From Candidatus Obscuribacteraceae bacterium (GTDB lineage Bacteria; Cyanobacteriota; Vampirovibrionia; Obscuribacterales; Obscuribacteraceae): 64,000 nucleotides of DNA. Below the pieces are notes generated by a model. That model was given only the letters and a program-made list of their open reading frames with translations, did not search any database and was not told where the DNA came from. The stretch lies in assembly GCA_044229845.1 (NCBI GenBank), contig JBGASG010000002.1:160001-224000 (forward strand), given 5' to 3'. Positions within the stretch are counted from its first letter, which is position 1; each line of letters starts with the position of its first letter. The position numbers and the translations under genes were made by a program. Shown here one piece after another: positions 19,626-30,500 of this stretch.

Positions 19626-19781
19626 GGCCAACAAGCTGCGCAAGCGATGGCGCGATCGAATATGCGATACATATCACCGAACGCGCATGCCATTTCAAGA
19701 AACTTTCAACCGCACCTCACTAGCATGTCGGCAAAAGCAAGCAGTCCTTGTATAACAGAGGAAGGCACAGGGTTTTCAAGA

Positions 19782-21130
19782 TTGGACCACGACGAAACGG
19801 CAATCGACAACGCGCGACTATCAACCGGAACCGTCGGACAACGTCATCGTTGTGAAGAGCGAAGAAAAGCTTTCGACAGCAACGGTGAAAGTGGTCGATT
19901 TTGGATTAGCCAAGTTGCAAGGCGACAACGACATGCAGCGGCTGACCAGAACCGGCGAAGTCTTCGGCGACCCAAGCTACATGAGCCCAGAAGCCGTTTC
20001 CTGCCGACAATCCAGTCGCCATCTTGATGAAACAGGTTTCGCAAGAACCACCTCCGCTGCCTCAACAGCTGGCGGTGCCGCCCGCGATCGAGGCGATTAT
20101 CTGGCGCGCCATGCAGAAAGACCCGGCTGAGCGGTACGACTCATTCGATGCAATCGCAGCAGAGCTGCGCAACTATGCCGACAATCCCGAGGCGGGAAGC
20201 CGCGCGCGACTGCCGGCGCGCAGCATCGGCGGACAGGCAGGGAAGAAGGGCAAGCAACGATTGCTTGTGACTGGAGCAATCGCGGTCGGTGTTTTTATTG
20301 CCGCGGCGGGGATGTACCTGGCATCAACCAACACACACAACACCGCGACTACAGCCTGCGAGCCATACGAACACCTGTCGCCGAACGAACTGCGACAGCG
20401 CGCCTACGCCCTCATGACGTCGGCATCCGATGCCGCCAAGCTCGGGCAGTATGAGGACGCCAACAAAACGCTGGCTGAGTTGCAGAGATTGCGACGTTAT
20501 CTGGTCACTGACGAAGATACGCAGGGGCACATCGACTACAACATCGCCTTCGTAGCGATGGCCGAAGGAGACAACAATTCCAAAGCACTGCAGCGCAAAG
20601 CCCTCGACTACTATTGCAGTTCAGCCGAACATCTCAAGAAAGCGCGCACCGCGATTTTGTCCAGCAGTCAGCCGCTGTCCAGCTTGCAACTTTTGAAAAT
20701 CGAGGAAGGATTGATCCTGTCCCTCGATGGCGAGCGGCGGGTGGCGGGATATCTGCAAGACAAAACCGCCGCCGATCGCGCCTGTCGCGAGACGCTTGAT
20801 TTTTGCGAAGGCAAATCCGCACCGATTGATAAAGGCAGGAGTCACTCTGCGCAAGCCAGTTTCGACTGGCTGTTCTCTCGAGCTATCCAGACGAAACGCC
20901 TGAAGCGCGCCTACAAACTGATGAAGCGGAAGATAGCGTTTCTTGAGATGCAGAAAGTCGATCCTGGTTTCTTGCAAGAAGCGCGAACCAGCATGGAACA
21001 TCAACTGGTTGAAGCAGCCGCGAATCAGCAAGGCAAGCGTTTCTCCAAATTTGAAGATGCCGAAGATGCGACGGATGCAGAAGATGCGACGGATGCAGAA
21101 GATGCGACGGATGCAGAAGATGCGCAGTGA
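19782..21130 (+). pseudogene. Ser/Thr kinase paralog 8 with two internal frameshifting deletions; TM and C-terminal domain intact (ORF 20024-21130)
   Basis: TTG-DHDETAIDNARLSTGTV jumps to DNVIVVK...DFG...YMSP, then to KPFPADNPVAILMKQ, each in a different frame. Confidence 0.85.
21062..21124 (+). repeat. 18-bp tandem repeat, 3.5 copies (GAAGATGCGACGGATGCA, encodes EDATDA)
   Basis: Directly visible. Confidence 0.95.
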
Positions 21131-21134
21131 ACAC

Positions 21135-21349
21135 AAACAAAAACACCACCCGAACTGAATCGCGGTGGTGTTTAAGCTACTGCCTGACTGCCCGTTGCTC
21201 GGGCTCAGTATTTCCAAACGCTTCAGTCAGTCCGTCACGTAAGGCGAGCTCACAACAGCTGGTGTTTCCGGTCAGCGCTGACCTGATGTTTCCGCTTGGC
21301 TCCTCGGCTCGAAGCAATTGCATTTCTCAATCAATTGCTCACCGGTTAT
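21135..21349 (-). ncRNA. putative structured ncRNA (copy 8)
   Basis: As copy 1. Confidence 0.7.
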
Positions 21350-21479
21350 GCATATAAGAATAGCAAGTAATTCCGAGGCGTGCCACTACCCCAATGGACC
21401 TTTAATGATCTAATTTCCGCGTATACGGAAGGCGCATCAACACTTATTGTTTGGCACCACATGTGGTTACTAAGCGCTT
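21135..21479. repeat. ~345-bp repeat, copy 8
   Basis: Collinear; very close to copy 7. Confidence 0.97.
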
Positions 21480-21647
21480 GAACCATTTGCGGCACAACGC
21501 GATCGACAAACGCATATTCGATCCATATATCATCCGAGAGGGGATCTGAGATCAGGGTTTACCCGGGAAACTCGACAGTACTCGACCGGCTACCCGAAAC
21601 CGGCGCCGGACGTACGATAGAAGTGCCCGCCCAACTTGGCAACGCCC

Positions 21648-22403
21648 ATGAAGACATCCCTGACGTTCAGCATCGCCCTCAGTTTTTTGCTATCAGCGAC
21701 ACTCGGCTGGACCGCTGCGGAGGCAGCTCCTGAGAAGGAGAAGCAGCAGCCCGGCAAACTGATTCCGCTGTCCGCGACCTTCGACAGCAGCAGAACTCTG
21801 CAGGGGCATCTGGAAGTTAAGGGCAATCGCGTGGCGCTGAGATCGCGTACAGCCAGGCGCTCCGGTAACCTGGCCGCCGTGTCCCCCTCGCGCCGACGCA
21901 TGTCGGGGCGGGCTACCCTTGCCGCACGACGGCGTGCGTTATCGGCGATAACTGCGTCGTCCGCCGAATCCGGGTTCAAGCTGGCGGTGGCGACGAGTTC
22001 GCCGCGCCCCAAACTGTCCGCTGCCGCCGCGCCTAAACTGGCAATGGCAGTGCCGGCTCAGCAGCTGCAAACCCGGGTTTCGAAATCGCACGTCCAGACC
22101 GCGGCAGCGGCTCAGGAAGATGCGGATTGCACCTGCCACGAAGCACGCAAACTCGTGGACCAGAAACGCTACAGCGAGGCAGCCATAGCCTACGAAAAAT
22201 ACGCGGACAAGCTGCTGAAGACCTTCAACAAGGAAAACGGCGACTACGCCAGCGCGCTCACCTGGCAGGGCTACAGCCTGGAGATGCAGGGTCGCAAGAA
22301 GGAAGCTCGCAAAATATTGGAGAAGGCAGCGGCTGTCTATCGCACCGCCGATCCTGAAGACGAGACCCTCGAATGGATCGAAGATCGGCTGGCAGAGCTG
22401 TAA
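21648..22403 (+). CDS. exported protein with C-terminal TPR-like domain
   Basis: Signal peptide MKTSLTFSIALSFLLSATLGWTAAEA, basic low-complexity linker, TPR-like helices. Confidence 0.75.
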   Translation: MKTSLTFSIALSFLLSATLGWTAAEAAPEKEKQQPGKLIPLSATFDSSRTLQGHLEVKGNRVALRSRTARRSGNLAAVSPSRRRMSGRATLAARRRALSAITASSAESGFKLAVATSSPRPKLSAAAAPKLAMAVPAQQLQTRVSKSHVQTAAAAQEDADCTCHEARKLVDQKRYSEAAIAYEKYADKLLKTFNKENGDYASALTWQGYSLEMQGRKKEARKILEKAAAVYRTADPEDETLEWIEDRLAEL

Positions 22404-22618
22404 AAACAAAAACACCACCCGAACTGAATCGCGGTGGTGTTCATGCTACTGCCTGACTGCCCGTTGCTCGGGCTCAGTATTTCCAAACGCTTCAGTCAGT
22501 CCGTCACGTAAGGCGAGCTCGCGATAGCTGTAGTTTCCGGTCAGCGCTGACCTGATGTTTCCGCTCGGCTCCTCGGCTCAAAGGCGTCGCATTTCTCAAT
22601 CGACGACTCACCGTTGAT
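22404..22618 (-). ncRNA. putative structured ncRNA (copy 9)
   Basis: As copy 1. Confidence 0.7.
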
Positions 22619-22748
22619 GAAAGTAAGAATAGCGCGGATCTCGAGGTTCGACCACTACCCCAAATGACCTTTAATGATCTTCGTTTTGCGTATACAAAAG
22701 CGGCATAAACACTTATGTCTTGGCACCACATTTGGTTACTAAGCGCTT
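22404..22748. repeat. ~345-bp repeat, copy 9
   Basis: Collinear; most divergent 5' stem. Confidence 0.97.
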
Positions 22749-22965
22749 GAACCATTTGCCCCGCAAGCCGCTCCGGCTGTCGATATACGCCATATATAAC
22801 TTGCCAACTCGGCCGTGTTCGGAAAGGCGCAAAACGACGTTGCAGCTCAGCCGTAAAATGCGAAGTGATATCAGTTGGGTTGGAACTCGGACTGCTCCGT
22901 GGAGTCGTTATGGGTGTCGAGCCGGACCATATATAGCCGGGCGATTTCTCGGGAGGATGTCCGCT

Positions 22966-23460
22966 ATGACGTCACGCAGACGGCGAAGAAGAACAGCAGA
23001 ATCACGGCAGTTACCAGCCGCGCCGGGCGACCAGCAGGTCAGACAGCTGCCGGTGCCGGCCAGCGCCGTCAATTCTGTGAAGAAATTGCCGGCGCCTGAC
23101 GGGCTGGCAGAAGAACACCTCCCAATCGTCGCGCCCAGGAGCGCGGGGAAGTCGGTGGGAATCTGGCAGAAAGTGCAGCGAGCTGCCAAGAAGGCGCAGG
23201 AGGAAATCGATCTATATAGATCGATCCTGAAACACCCCCGAACCCCCTTGGCTGCCAAGGCACTGTTCGGGGGCGCCATTTTGTACGCCCTGTCGCCGGT
23301 GGACCTGGTTCCGGACTTTTTGCCCGCCATGGGCTGGCTGGACGACCTGATTGTCGTGCCGGCGATGGTTTGGCTGGCACTGGAGCTGGTTCCGGACGAT
23401 GTTATAGAAGAGTGTAGGGAGCGCGTAAAGGCTGGAAACCCGCCGCCTGGCACGGTATAA
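22966..23460 (+). CDS. YkvA/DUF1232 family membrane protein
   Basis: HPRTPLAAK...YALSPVDLVPDFLPAMGWLDD; GGAGG at 22952-22956. Confidence 0.85.
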   Translation: MTSRRRRRRTAESRQLPAAPGDQQVRQLPVPASAVNSVKKLPAPDGLAEEHLPIVAPRSAGKSVGIWQKVQRAAKKAQEEIDLYRSILKHPRTPLAAKALFGGAILYALSPVDLVPDFLPAMGWLDDLIVVPAMVWLALELVPDDVIEECRERVKAGNPPPGTV

Positions 23461-23470
23461 TGGAAACTGC

Positions 23471-23542
23471 GCCGACGTAGCTCAGGGGTAGAGCAGCTGT
23501 TTCGTAAACAGCAGGTCGCGAGTTCAAATCTCGCTGTCGGCT
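23471..23542 (+). tRNA. tRNA-Thr(CGT)
   Basis: Acceptor GCCGACG/TGTCGGC, anticodon stem GCTGT/ACAGC with loop TTCGTAA, T-loop GTTCAAATC; CCA not encoded. Confidence 0.96.
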
Positions 23543-23556
23543 AAGTTTTTGAAGAT

Positions 23557-24318
23557 ATGACTTTGTGCGGTGCCCCTTCTGATTTCCCGAAGCGGTTTCC
23601 AAGAACCACCTTAAAGGTGCGGAGAAAGCATGCAGCGTGCGATCCGCTAATTGGCGTGGTCCTCTTTTTGGTGGCAACATGTGTGCCATGCATCGCTGCT
23701 GATGAGGACGCAGCATTCATCCAGCTTTGGAATCGGTATTTAGCCAAGCCTGAAATTCAGAAGTTGCTATCGGAGCGCGACGCATCCAACGAACCGGAGT
23801 CAATTCGCGTGCGCCTAAATCGCCTGCTCGAAGGCGATCTCCGCGATCAAGACAATTCCACTCGTAACTCAATTGGGTTTTTAGTCGGCGACTTCCCCGT
23901 TCCAGACTATTCACCGACAGGCGGATACGGTGTTAACGACATCAGGGGTCCGTGGGCAAGACCTGCGCTGATAGGTGCTGGCGGGGGTGCCACGATTGGC
24001 GCGAGAATCGGCATGAACAGGAAGGACCTTCTCTATTCATCAAAGGTCGTAGAGGCGGGTGAGTCCGCTTATGAGATTCACGAGGTTCTCTTGCACGACG
24101 CCAAACAGATTCAGCACAACGTCAGAACAATTGTCTGGCAACTAAGAATTCTAGGAGAGCTTAAACAGTCGATCGCGGATGGAGACAAGTCGGAGATTAC
24201 GCGTACTTGGCTGAAAGATAGCGAACAAGTGGTTCTAAGCGCAGAACAATCTTTGGCATTACAGCTTGGCATTGACTTAACAAGGGTGAAGAACCTCCTT
24301 CGCGATGAAAGTCACTAA
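23557..24318 (+). CDS. hypothetical exported protein
   Basis: 253-aa ORF with a hydrophobic signal-like segment; start uncertain. Confidence 0.55.
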   Translation: MTLCGAPSDFPKRFPRTTLKVRRKHAACDPLIGVVLFLVATCVPCIAADEDAAFIQLWNRYLAKPEIQKLLSERDASNEPESIRVRLNRLLEGDLRDQDNSTRNSIGFLVGDFPVPDYSPTGGYGVNDIRGPWARPALIGAGGGATIGARIGMNRKDLLYSSKVVEAGESAYEIHEVLLHDAKQIQHNVRTIVWQLRILGELKQSIADGDKSEITRTWLKDSEQVVLSAEQSLALQLGIDLTRVKNLLRDESH

Positions 24319-25495
24319 AATTACCGTCAATGTCCTGAGCCTTCTTATCCTCTTCGGAGGAATCATCAGTGACGCACGGGCGACTGATTCTGAACGCTTC
24401 AAGTATGGAATGGTGCGCGTGCTGAGCGACATCGATCAAAACTCGATGCGCTTTTGCAGCGGCGATCTTTTTGGATTGGAGGATCAAAACGGTAGAACCA
24501 TACTTGATGCAAAGTATTCCGACATCGAATACTGCGGACACGGCATTTTCCTCGCGACAGAGATCCAAAAGTCGAACAAATACTTCTTTGGAGACCAGCG
24601 ACATTTCTTCAATCGCGACGGCGTCGAACTCAGCTACGAGCTACCAGAAGGAACTCTGTTACTGAATATCTTTTCGTTTGGAGACAAAGGTGATCAAAAT
24701 CCTGATCTGATTCTCGACAAATTTGCATCTGACACGATTTTGCTTTTTGTTTATCGGGAGTACGATTCTGCACGTGCACCTTCTTGCTGCCGCCAGGGAC
24801 TGTGCGATTTGAAAGGAAACATTCTCCTGCCGGCGCTGCGAGGTACCATACTATTTCTCGAACCCGGTTCTGCCTTCGTCGATCCTAACGATGGCAAGCG
24901 ATTTATTGTAGACCTGAAGACATGGTCGTCTACGTCGACAAATCTTTCGCGCAATCCGGGCTCCGTGCCGCGGTCACGCCTCCCATGGCTAAAAAACTAT
25001 CAAGTGCCGATGCCTTTTCCAAATGACCGCAAAAGAAAAGTAATTCTTACAGACAATGGTTCATTTGACTCTCAGTATTGGCTGGACAGAAGGGTCAGGG
25101 ACGGTCCAGTCAAGCAGGTCGAAATGTTCAACCGCTTTCTGCATGAATACGATTTGATTGGAATGCATCGGGATCGCGTCGCAGTCTTGCTTGGAGAGCC
25201 CGAGACTGGTACGGTTTCGCCCTCCCTAACTGCCCCGGATTCCTACATCTACACTTTTCCCTGCATGAGTTGCGTGGGATATTTCGACGGCATCAAAATC
25301 AACTTCGCTAATGAACGCGTCATTAGTTGGTCGTTCATCGGCGGCAACAAATACGAACAAACCGGGCACGAGTTCGCACCAATTACAACGAACATGGTGC
25401 TCTGGCGTCCAAAGAGTAAGAATTGGTTGAGGACCATCGGGTCGTTCAATTTTCCACCATCAACCGAACCTAAGGAACCGGCATTCTCACCCTAG
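24305..25495 (+). CDS. exported hypothetical protein with WG-repeat-like motifs
   Basis: Signal peptide; FGLEDQNGRTILDAKY and QGLCDLKGNILLP motifs. Confidence 0.65.
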   Translation: MKVTKITVNVLSLLILFGGIISDARATDSERFKYGMVRVLSDIDQNSMRFCSGDLFGLEDQNGRTILDAKYSDIEYCGHGIFLATEIQKSNKYFFGDQRHFFNRDGVELSYELPEGTLLLNIFSFGDKGDQNPDLILDKFASDTILLFVYREYDSARAPSCCRQGLCDLKGNILLPALRGTILFLEPGSAFVDPNDGKRFIVDLKTWSSTSTNLSRNPGSVPRSRLPWLKNYQVPMPFPNDRKRKVILTDNGSFDSQYWLDRRVRDGPVKQVEMFNRFLHEYDLIGMHRDRVAVLLGEPETGTVSPSLTAPDSYIYTFPCMSCVGYFDGIKINFANERVISWSFIGGNKYEQTGHEFAPITTNMVLWRPKSKNWLRTIGSFNFPPSTEPKEPAFSP

Positions 25496-25819
25496 CCGGG
25501 TGGCACAGAATCGAACGATTGATGCCTGCACCTGAGCAGGATAAGTTTGTCTCGCGCAATTTGCTACCGACTTTCATGCCGCTGATAGTTCCTGCTACTG
25601 CCACCAGGACTGGTGACTTCGTCAAATCGCTCAGCCACAACGATAATCGCGTGAAGGGATCTGCAAGATCACCCGACCTGGTTTTCCGAGTGACGTCGAA
25701 ACATTAGGCGGGCTGACGAGCACATAGAATGACCAGAGTAACTCTATGGGGCTTTACGAAGCAAGACGAATTGGGAATAATGCACACATCCCAGCGCTGT
25801 CACGCCGGCAGAGGTAGTT

Positions 25820-27562
25820 ATGCAAGACGACTCGACACATACTGAGGAGTCCGGCACGCTTGAAAAATCAGTTGGCGGCGAGTCTAAACGCCTTGTCACC
25901 CATACTGTCGGCGCATCCTTTCATAGCGAAACTAGCCAATACACGCTGATCGACCTGATCGGCCATGGCTCAAGCGGGGATGTCTGGAAGGCGTCTACCG
26001 CATCTGGTGCAGACGTTGCCCTAAAGCTCTTCAAAAGAGAACTGCTGTCGAACGAGGAGGCATTGCGCCGCTTCAACCTGGAAGCAAAACTTCTGCGTCG
26101 GATATCGCATCCGAATATCGTGTCGATACTCGACATGGGCGAAACTGGCGAAGGAATTCCATTCATCGTCATGGATCTCGTCCAAGGTGATACCATTCGC
26201 GATAGGCTCAATAGTGCGGGTGTGTTTGCGCCTGACCGGGTCGCTCAGATTGGACGCGAGATTTGCCGAGCACTATCCGCGGCTCACGCACAAACTGTCA
26301 TCCATCGCGATCTTAAACCGAGCAACGTAATTATCGCCGACAGTGACGACGTGCGATTGGTTGACTTCGGCATCTCAAAGGCGGTCGGCTATACGGGCGA
26401 AACTATTACCGAGTTTGGCGGGATGGTTGGAACTCCAGCTTACATGAGCCCCGAGCAGTGTCTCGGCAAACCGGTGGACGCTCGTTCAGACATCTACGCT
26501 CTTGGTTGCACATTGTTTGAAATGTTGACCGGCACCAAAGCTTTTGAATCAGGCACCCCAGTCGAAGCAATAGCAAAACAAATCAGCCCGGATCGACAAT
26601 CACTTAGAGTTCGCTTGAAAGCAACCGGAGCACCGTTAGAGCTTCAATCCGTAATTTGGAAATGTATACAGCGGGAGCCGTCTGAGAGGTACCAAACAGC
26701 TGTGCAGGTGGAACACGACCTCAGCGCATTCCTGACCGGCGCACCTCTCCATTTCGTCCTGTCCTCCAAGCCACACATCTGGTCACGCGTTCTAGTGTGC
26801 TTTATCGGGTTCACCGCAGCAATTGCACTTTTCTGGCCAAACATTGTTTGCCACTTGCATATTGGAACACTAATCCGCAATCGTTACACGAATCAGGTTG
26901 TGCTCTGGGATCCCTGGGCTCCATCAGTTAGAGCAGCAATTGACAATGCGGTGGCTGATCATCGATCTCTGCGCGCTGGTGACTTCCGTAACGCAGCAAT
27001 GGTGGGATGCACTTTTCGATCGCTGGACATGGAGCTAGCGGACTTCACAGGAGCACAACTAACCGGTTCACATTTCATTGACACAAATCTGTGTGGTGCA
27101 AATTTCTCAAATGCACAGCTAGGCGCATCTACTTTCATGGGTGGCACACTGAGCCGTGCTAGATTTCAGAATGCAGTGTTGCAGAATTGCAAAGTCAGTC
27201 CGTCGACAGCCTGTACCGGCGCAGACTTCTCCGACGGCAATCTACTCATGGCAACCTTCGACGGTGTGAATTGTAGGGAAGCAAATTTCACCAGAGCAGA
27301 CTTGCAACAGACTTCCTTTCACAGCGCCTGCTGTAACAATGCAAATTTCACTCGAGCAGACTTGCAACAAACCCTTTTCAGGGGAGCCTCCTGCGACAAC
27401 GCGAATTTCCAATACGCCATCCTCAGTGGGACGGAGTTCGAATACACCAGTTTGCGTTATGCCAATTTCGCACACTGCACGCCCGATATTGTGCGGGCCT
27501 CGCACGCTGACTTGACCGGCACAGGAGCGCGTATCAACGAGGAAGGCGAATTGGTAAGATGA
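25820..27562 (+). CDS. Ser/Thr kinase with TM segment and pentapeptide repeats
   Basis: HRDLKPSN, DFG, YMSPE; C-terminal A(D/N)FxxAxL repeats. Confidence 0.92.
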   Translation: MQDDSTHTEESGTLEKSVGGESKRLVTHTVGASFHSETSQYTLIDLIGHGSSGDVWKASTASGADVALKLFKRELLSNEEALRRFNLEAKLLRRISHPNIVSILDMGETGEGIPFIVMDLVQGDTIRDRLNSAGVFAPDRVAQIGREICRALSAAHAQTVIHRDLKPSNVIIADSDDVRLVDFGISKAVGYTGETITEFGGMVGTPAYMSPEQCLGKPVDARSDIYALGCTLFEMLTGTKAFESGTPVEAIAKQISPDRQSLRVRLKATGAPLELQSVIWKCIQREPSERYQTAVQVEHDLSAFLTGAPLHFVLSSKPHIWSRVLVCFIGFTAAIALFWPNIVCHLHIGTLIRNRYTNQVVLWDPWAPSVRAAIDNAVADHRSLRAGDFRNAAMVGCTFRSLDMELADFTGAQLTGSHFIDTNLCGANFSNAQLGASTFMGGTLSRARFQNAVLQNCKVSPSTACTGADFSDGNLLMATFDGVNCREANFTRADLQQTSFHSACCNNANFTRADLQQTLFRGASCDNANFQYAILSGTEFEYTSLRYANFAHCTPDIVRASHADLTGTGARINEEGELVR

Positions 27563-27584
27563 GGTCTCCTGGGCGTATCTCTTT

Positions 27585-30500
27585 TTGACGCAAATGACAG
27601 AACAGAGCCATCAAGGATTGGGAGAAGTTCGCATCCGCTTCGAGAAGGGGTGGGGTATTTGCTTGGACTTGTCGCAATCCACAGCGCAACTGCCCGACGG
27701 CAACGACCAACCGCTGCGCATTGTGTCCGTTGATGGCACACCGATCAAGGGAATGAGAATTGATCAAGTTCGAGGTTTGATGCGAGGACCTCTGGGGTCG
27801 ATGGTGACCCTGGAATTGTTGAGCACCCGCGATTTGAGCATAAATCTAACCCTTGAGCGAGAACTCAGACGTGTGGGTCCAGCGACACCGAATGCAGTGC
27901 ATGCGATGTTAGCAGCATCTGAAAAGCTCGACAACTTTGATGAGTCCGACTTTCCCGACCAATACTCAACTCATCGTGACCTGACAAAACTGGAACCCTA
28001 TACCACTGGGCTGATGCATGCAGCTTTACTTTGTGGAGAGCATTGGCACGAAAGGTCCGCCATGACATCGGCGGTGCAGCTGTTTACTGTGGTTCCGTAC
28101 TATGACCGGGTTGGGCGGATTGTTGAAGCCGATGCAGCGGCATCGAAAGCCATCGAAAGGTTGCGCCGCACCAACCCCAAATCAATATGGCTGCGCGATG
28201 CCTTCTTTAGGTTTGCAGAACATTGCGAACGGAAAGGTCGATACACTGAAGCAGAGGCAATCTACAGTTTTCTGCTGGGCTCTGCGCAACCCGTTACGTG
28301 GGAGAATTCCGGCTCACGGGCAGACGTGCTAAGTCGTTACGCCCGCATGCTGATCAAGTCTGGCAGAGTCAGCGAAGCAGAAAAGTTGTTTGACGAAGTA
28401 GCGGACTTGGAAAAGGGGCGTTTCTCCATTCGCCGCGAGGTTGCAGACTTTTACGCAGAGCGAGGTAGATTCAATGACTCGATCCAAATCTACTCCGACA
28501 TTGTGATTGAGCTGGAAAAACGATCAGAATCTGAACGAATGTCGCGCAAAGATCAACCGCTAGCTGAAGCGCTCTACCAGCTTGGGATCATGTGGCAGCG
28601 TGCCGGCGACCCAGCGCAGGCGATAGCACAATTGCAGAGAGCTGTCTCTGTCTACGAGGCAAGACTCAGCCCATCCGACCGCCTGGACTTAGAGAAAAAC
28701 CCAAGCTGGTTTCCGACGCTCAGCGATCTCGAAACAAAATTGGGACAGCTGCACCTCGCGAAAGGAGATCTTGACGCCGCAGAGATCAGCCTGCGCAGCG
28801 CGATATCGCGTCTGAGAGCCGCACTTGGCGCAGCCTCACCGAGGTTGAGAGTTCCAACAGCCGCACTCGAACAATGCACCAGTGAGCAGGCAGAACATGC
28901 CGAATCGATTGAACTAAGCGGGATCGAGCAATCGGCCACGACCGACAATGTTGACGATACAGATGAAGTGTATCAGCAGATTGCCTATGCATCACGACTG
29001 GTCTGGGCAGCGAAATTCGACGTAGCGCTGCCGAGCATCTTCAATTTGCTCTTGCTATACGAGGCACCAGTCGACGAAGACACTCCAGCGGCTCGGACGA
29101 ATTTGCTATTAAACAGCCTGTGCGTATTCGCAAGAAAGCTGCTCGACGCCGGCAATTTCAAAGAAGGAAAAGAACTTCTCGATCGGCTTGAGAGTGCTGT
29201 CAGGGACAAAAACGAGCCGCCTTCGACACTACTCCCAATTATCACGGAGTACGCAGTATTTTCGGCGGAGATGAATTTGCCGGTTAGCACATTCTGGGAT
29301 CGTCTGGAGGCAGCCCTAGCCTCTGGAGACTTCGATCAGAGGAGCGAAGCGCTTGCTTCTTCTTACACGATTCCTGAGAGGCTGAGACGCTGGTCACTCG
29401 GTTATCTGTTTGCCGGTGAGTATCTTCGTGCGGAACGGCTTTTGCAGCACGCTTCATATCTGCTCTATAAGTCCGAGAACCTGCAAGATGAATTAGAGGT
29501 GATGACCAGTACAAGTCCACTGTTGCCTATTGACCTGGGCATTGTCCACATTTATTTGGGGAAGCTCCAAGAAGCCAGATCGGCAATCAAGTATGCTCTC
29601 TCATTCGACCGAAACTCCCAATATGCAATTGCGCGAAAAATTACGCATGTTGCTTTCGCCTTGCGCCAATGCGGACACGACAGGGAAGCGCTGTCACTTC
29701 TGCGCAATGCGATAGAGCGCATACCGTATTCATCGTTGCACGACAAGAGACGGAACCAAACCGTGGTACCAGCCCTACTGCATTGGAAACTTGGAGAGCT
29801 CTTGGCGAAACAGGGTAACACGACGCAAGCTCAGGCTGAACTAAATAAAGCCAGCAACCAGTATGCTGAGCGCGGCGCAAGTCCATTGAGTTTCACCTTC
29901 CTGGAGGCGGAATTGGCTGAAACGCAAAATAACTTTGCCGCAGCCTCCAGAATGTACTGGACGAGCCGCAACCAGCCACCTCTTTCCATGATGCAGCACC
30001 AGCACGATCCGGCACGGCGGGACCTGCTCCGCGCAAGACTGTCCAGAGCATTGGCATGCGCAGATCAGGCACTCAATTTTCCTGCTGATGAAACTGTCTC
30101 ACTAATCCTTGAATTGATAAATTACTTGCTACCCGGCGACTATGCTCTTGCAGAGAGCCTATTGCAGAGAGCGCAGCGATTGGTTCCGGCAGAGAGCGAC
30201 ATTGGCAGAAAGGTCACCCGCGCGATGTCCGGACTGACGCTGGGAAGCCAGTCGCGCATAAGCGAACACATAGCCGCTTGCACTCGTGCAGCTCAAGATG
30301 CCGAGAAGTCTGAGCAACTGGATGCCTATCGAACGTGGCTGTCCGTCGCCGCTGCAGAAATTCGGGGCAATCTCCCTGACGAAGCAATCACACATGCAGC
30401 ACACGCGATCACACTGTTCAAAGATCGCTGGACAGCACAATCGTCTTTTAGCCCGCTGCTTGAAGCTCGCGTCTCAATCGTAAAAGGACTGCGGGAAGGA

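Noticed and set aside
22721..22737. Sigma-54 promoter TGGCAC-N5-TTGG
   Set aside because: The invariant -12 GC is missing and the -24 GG is not kept in all copies; the ACCACA palindrome explains the conservation better.
3858..22748. CRISPR array
   Set aside because: Repeats are ~343 bp, the intervals are whole genes, and there are no cas genes.
3858..22748. Integron cassette array (attC sites)
   Set aside because: Repeats are too long, are not one long imperfect palindrome with RYYYAAC/GTTRRRY ends, cassettes have their own promoter signals, and no integrase is in the window.
3858..22748. IS/MITE, group II intron or diversity-generating retroelement
   Set aside because: No terminal inverted repeats or target duplications, no domain V motif, no transposase or reverse transcriptase, and no adenine-specific variation was seen.
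22720..22965. N-terminal extension of the DUF1232 ORF
   Set aside because: It begins inside repeat 9; a better GGAGG-ATG start lies at 22966.
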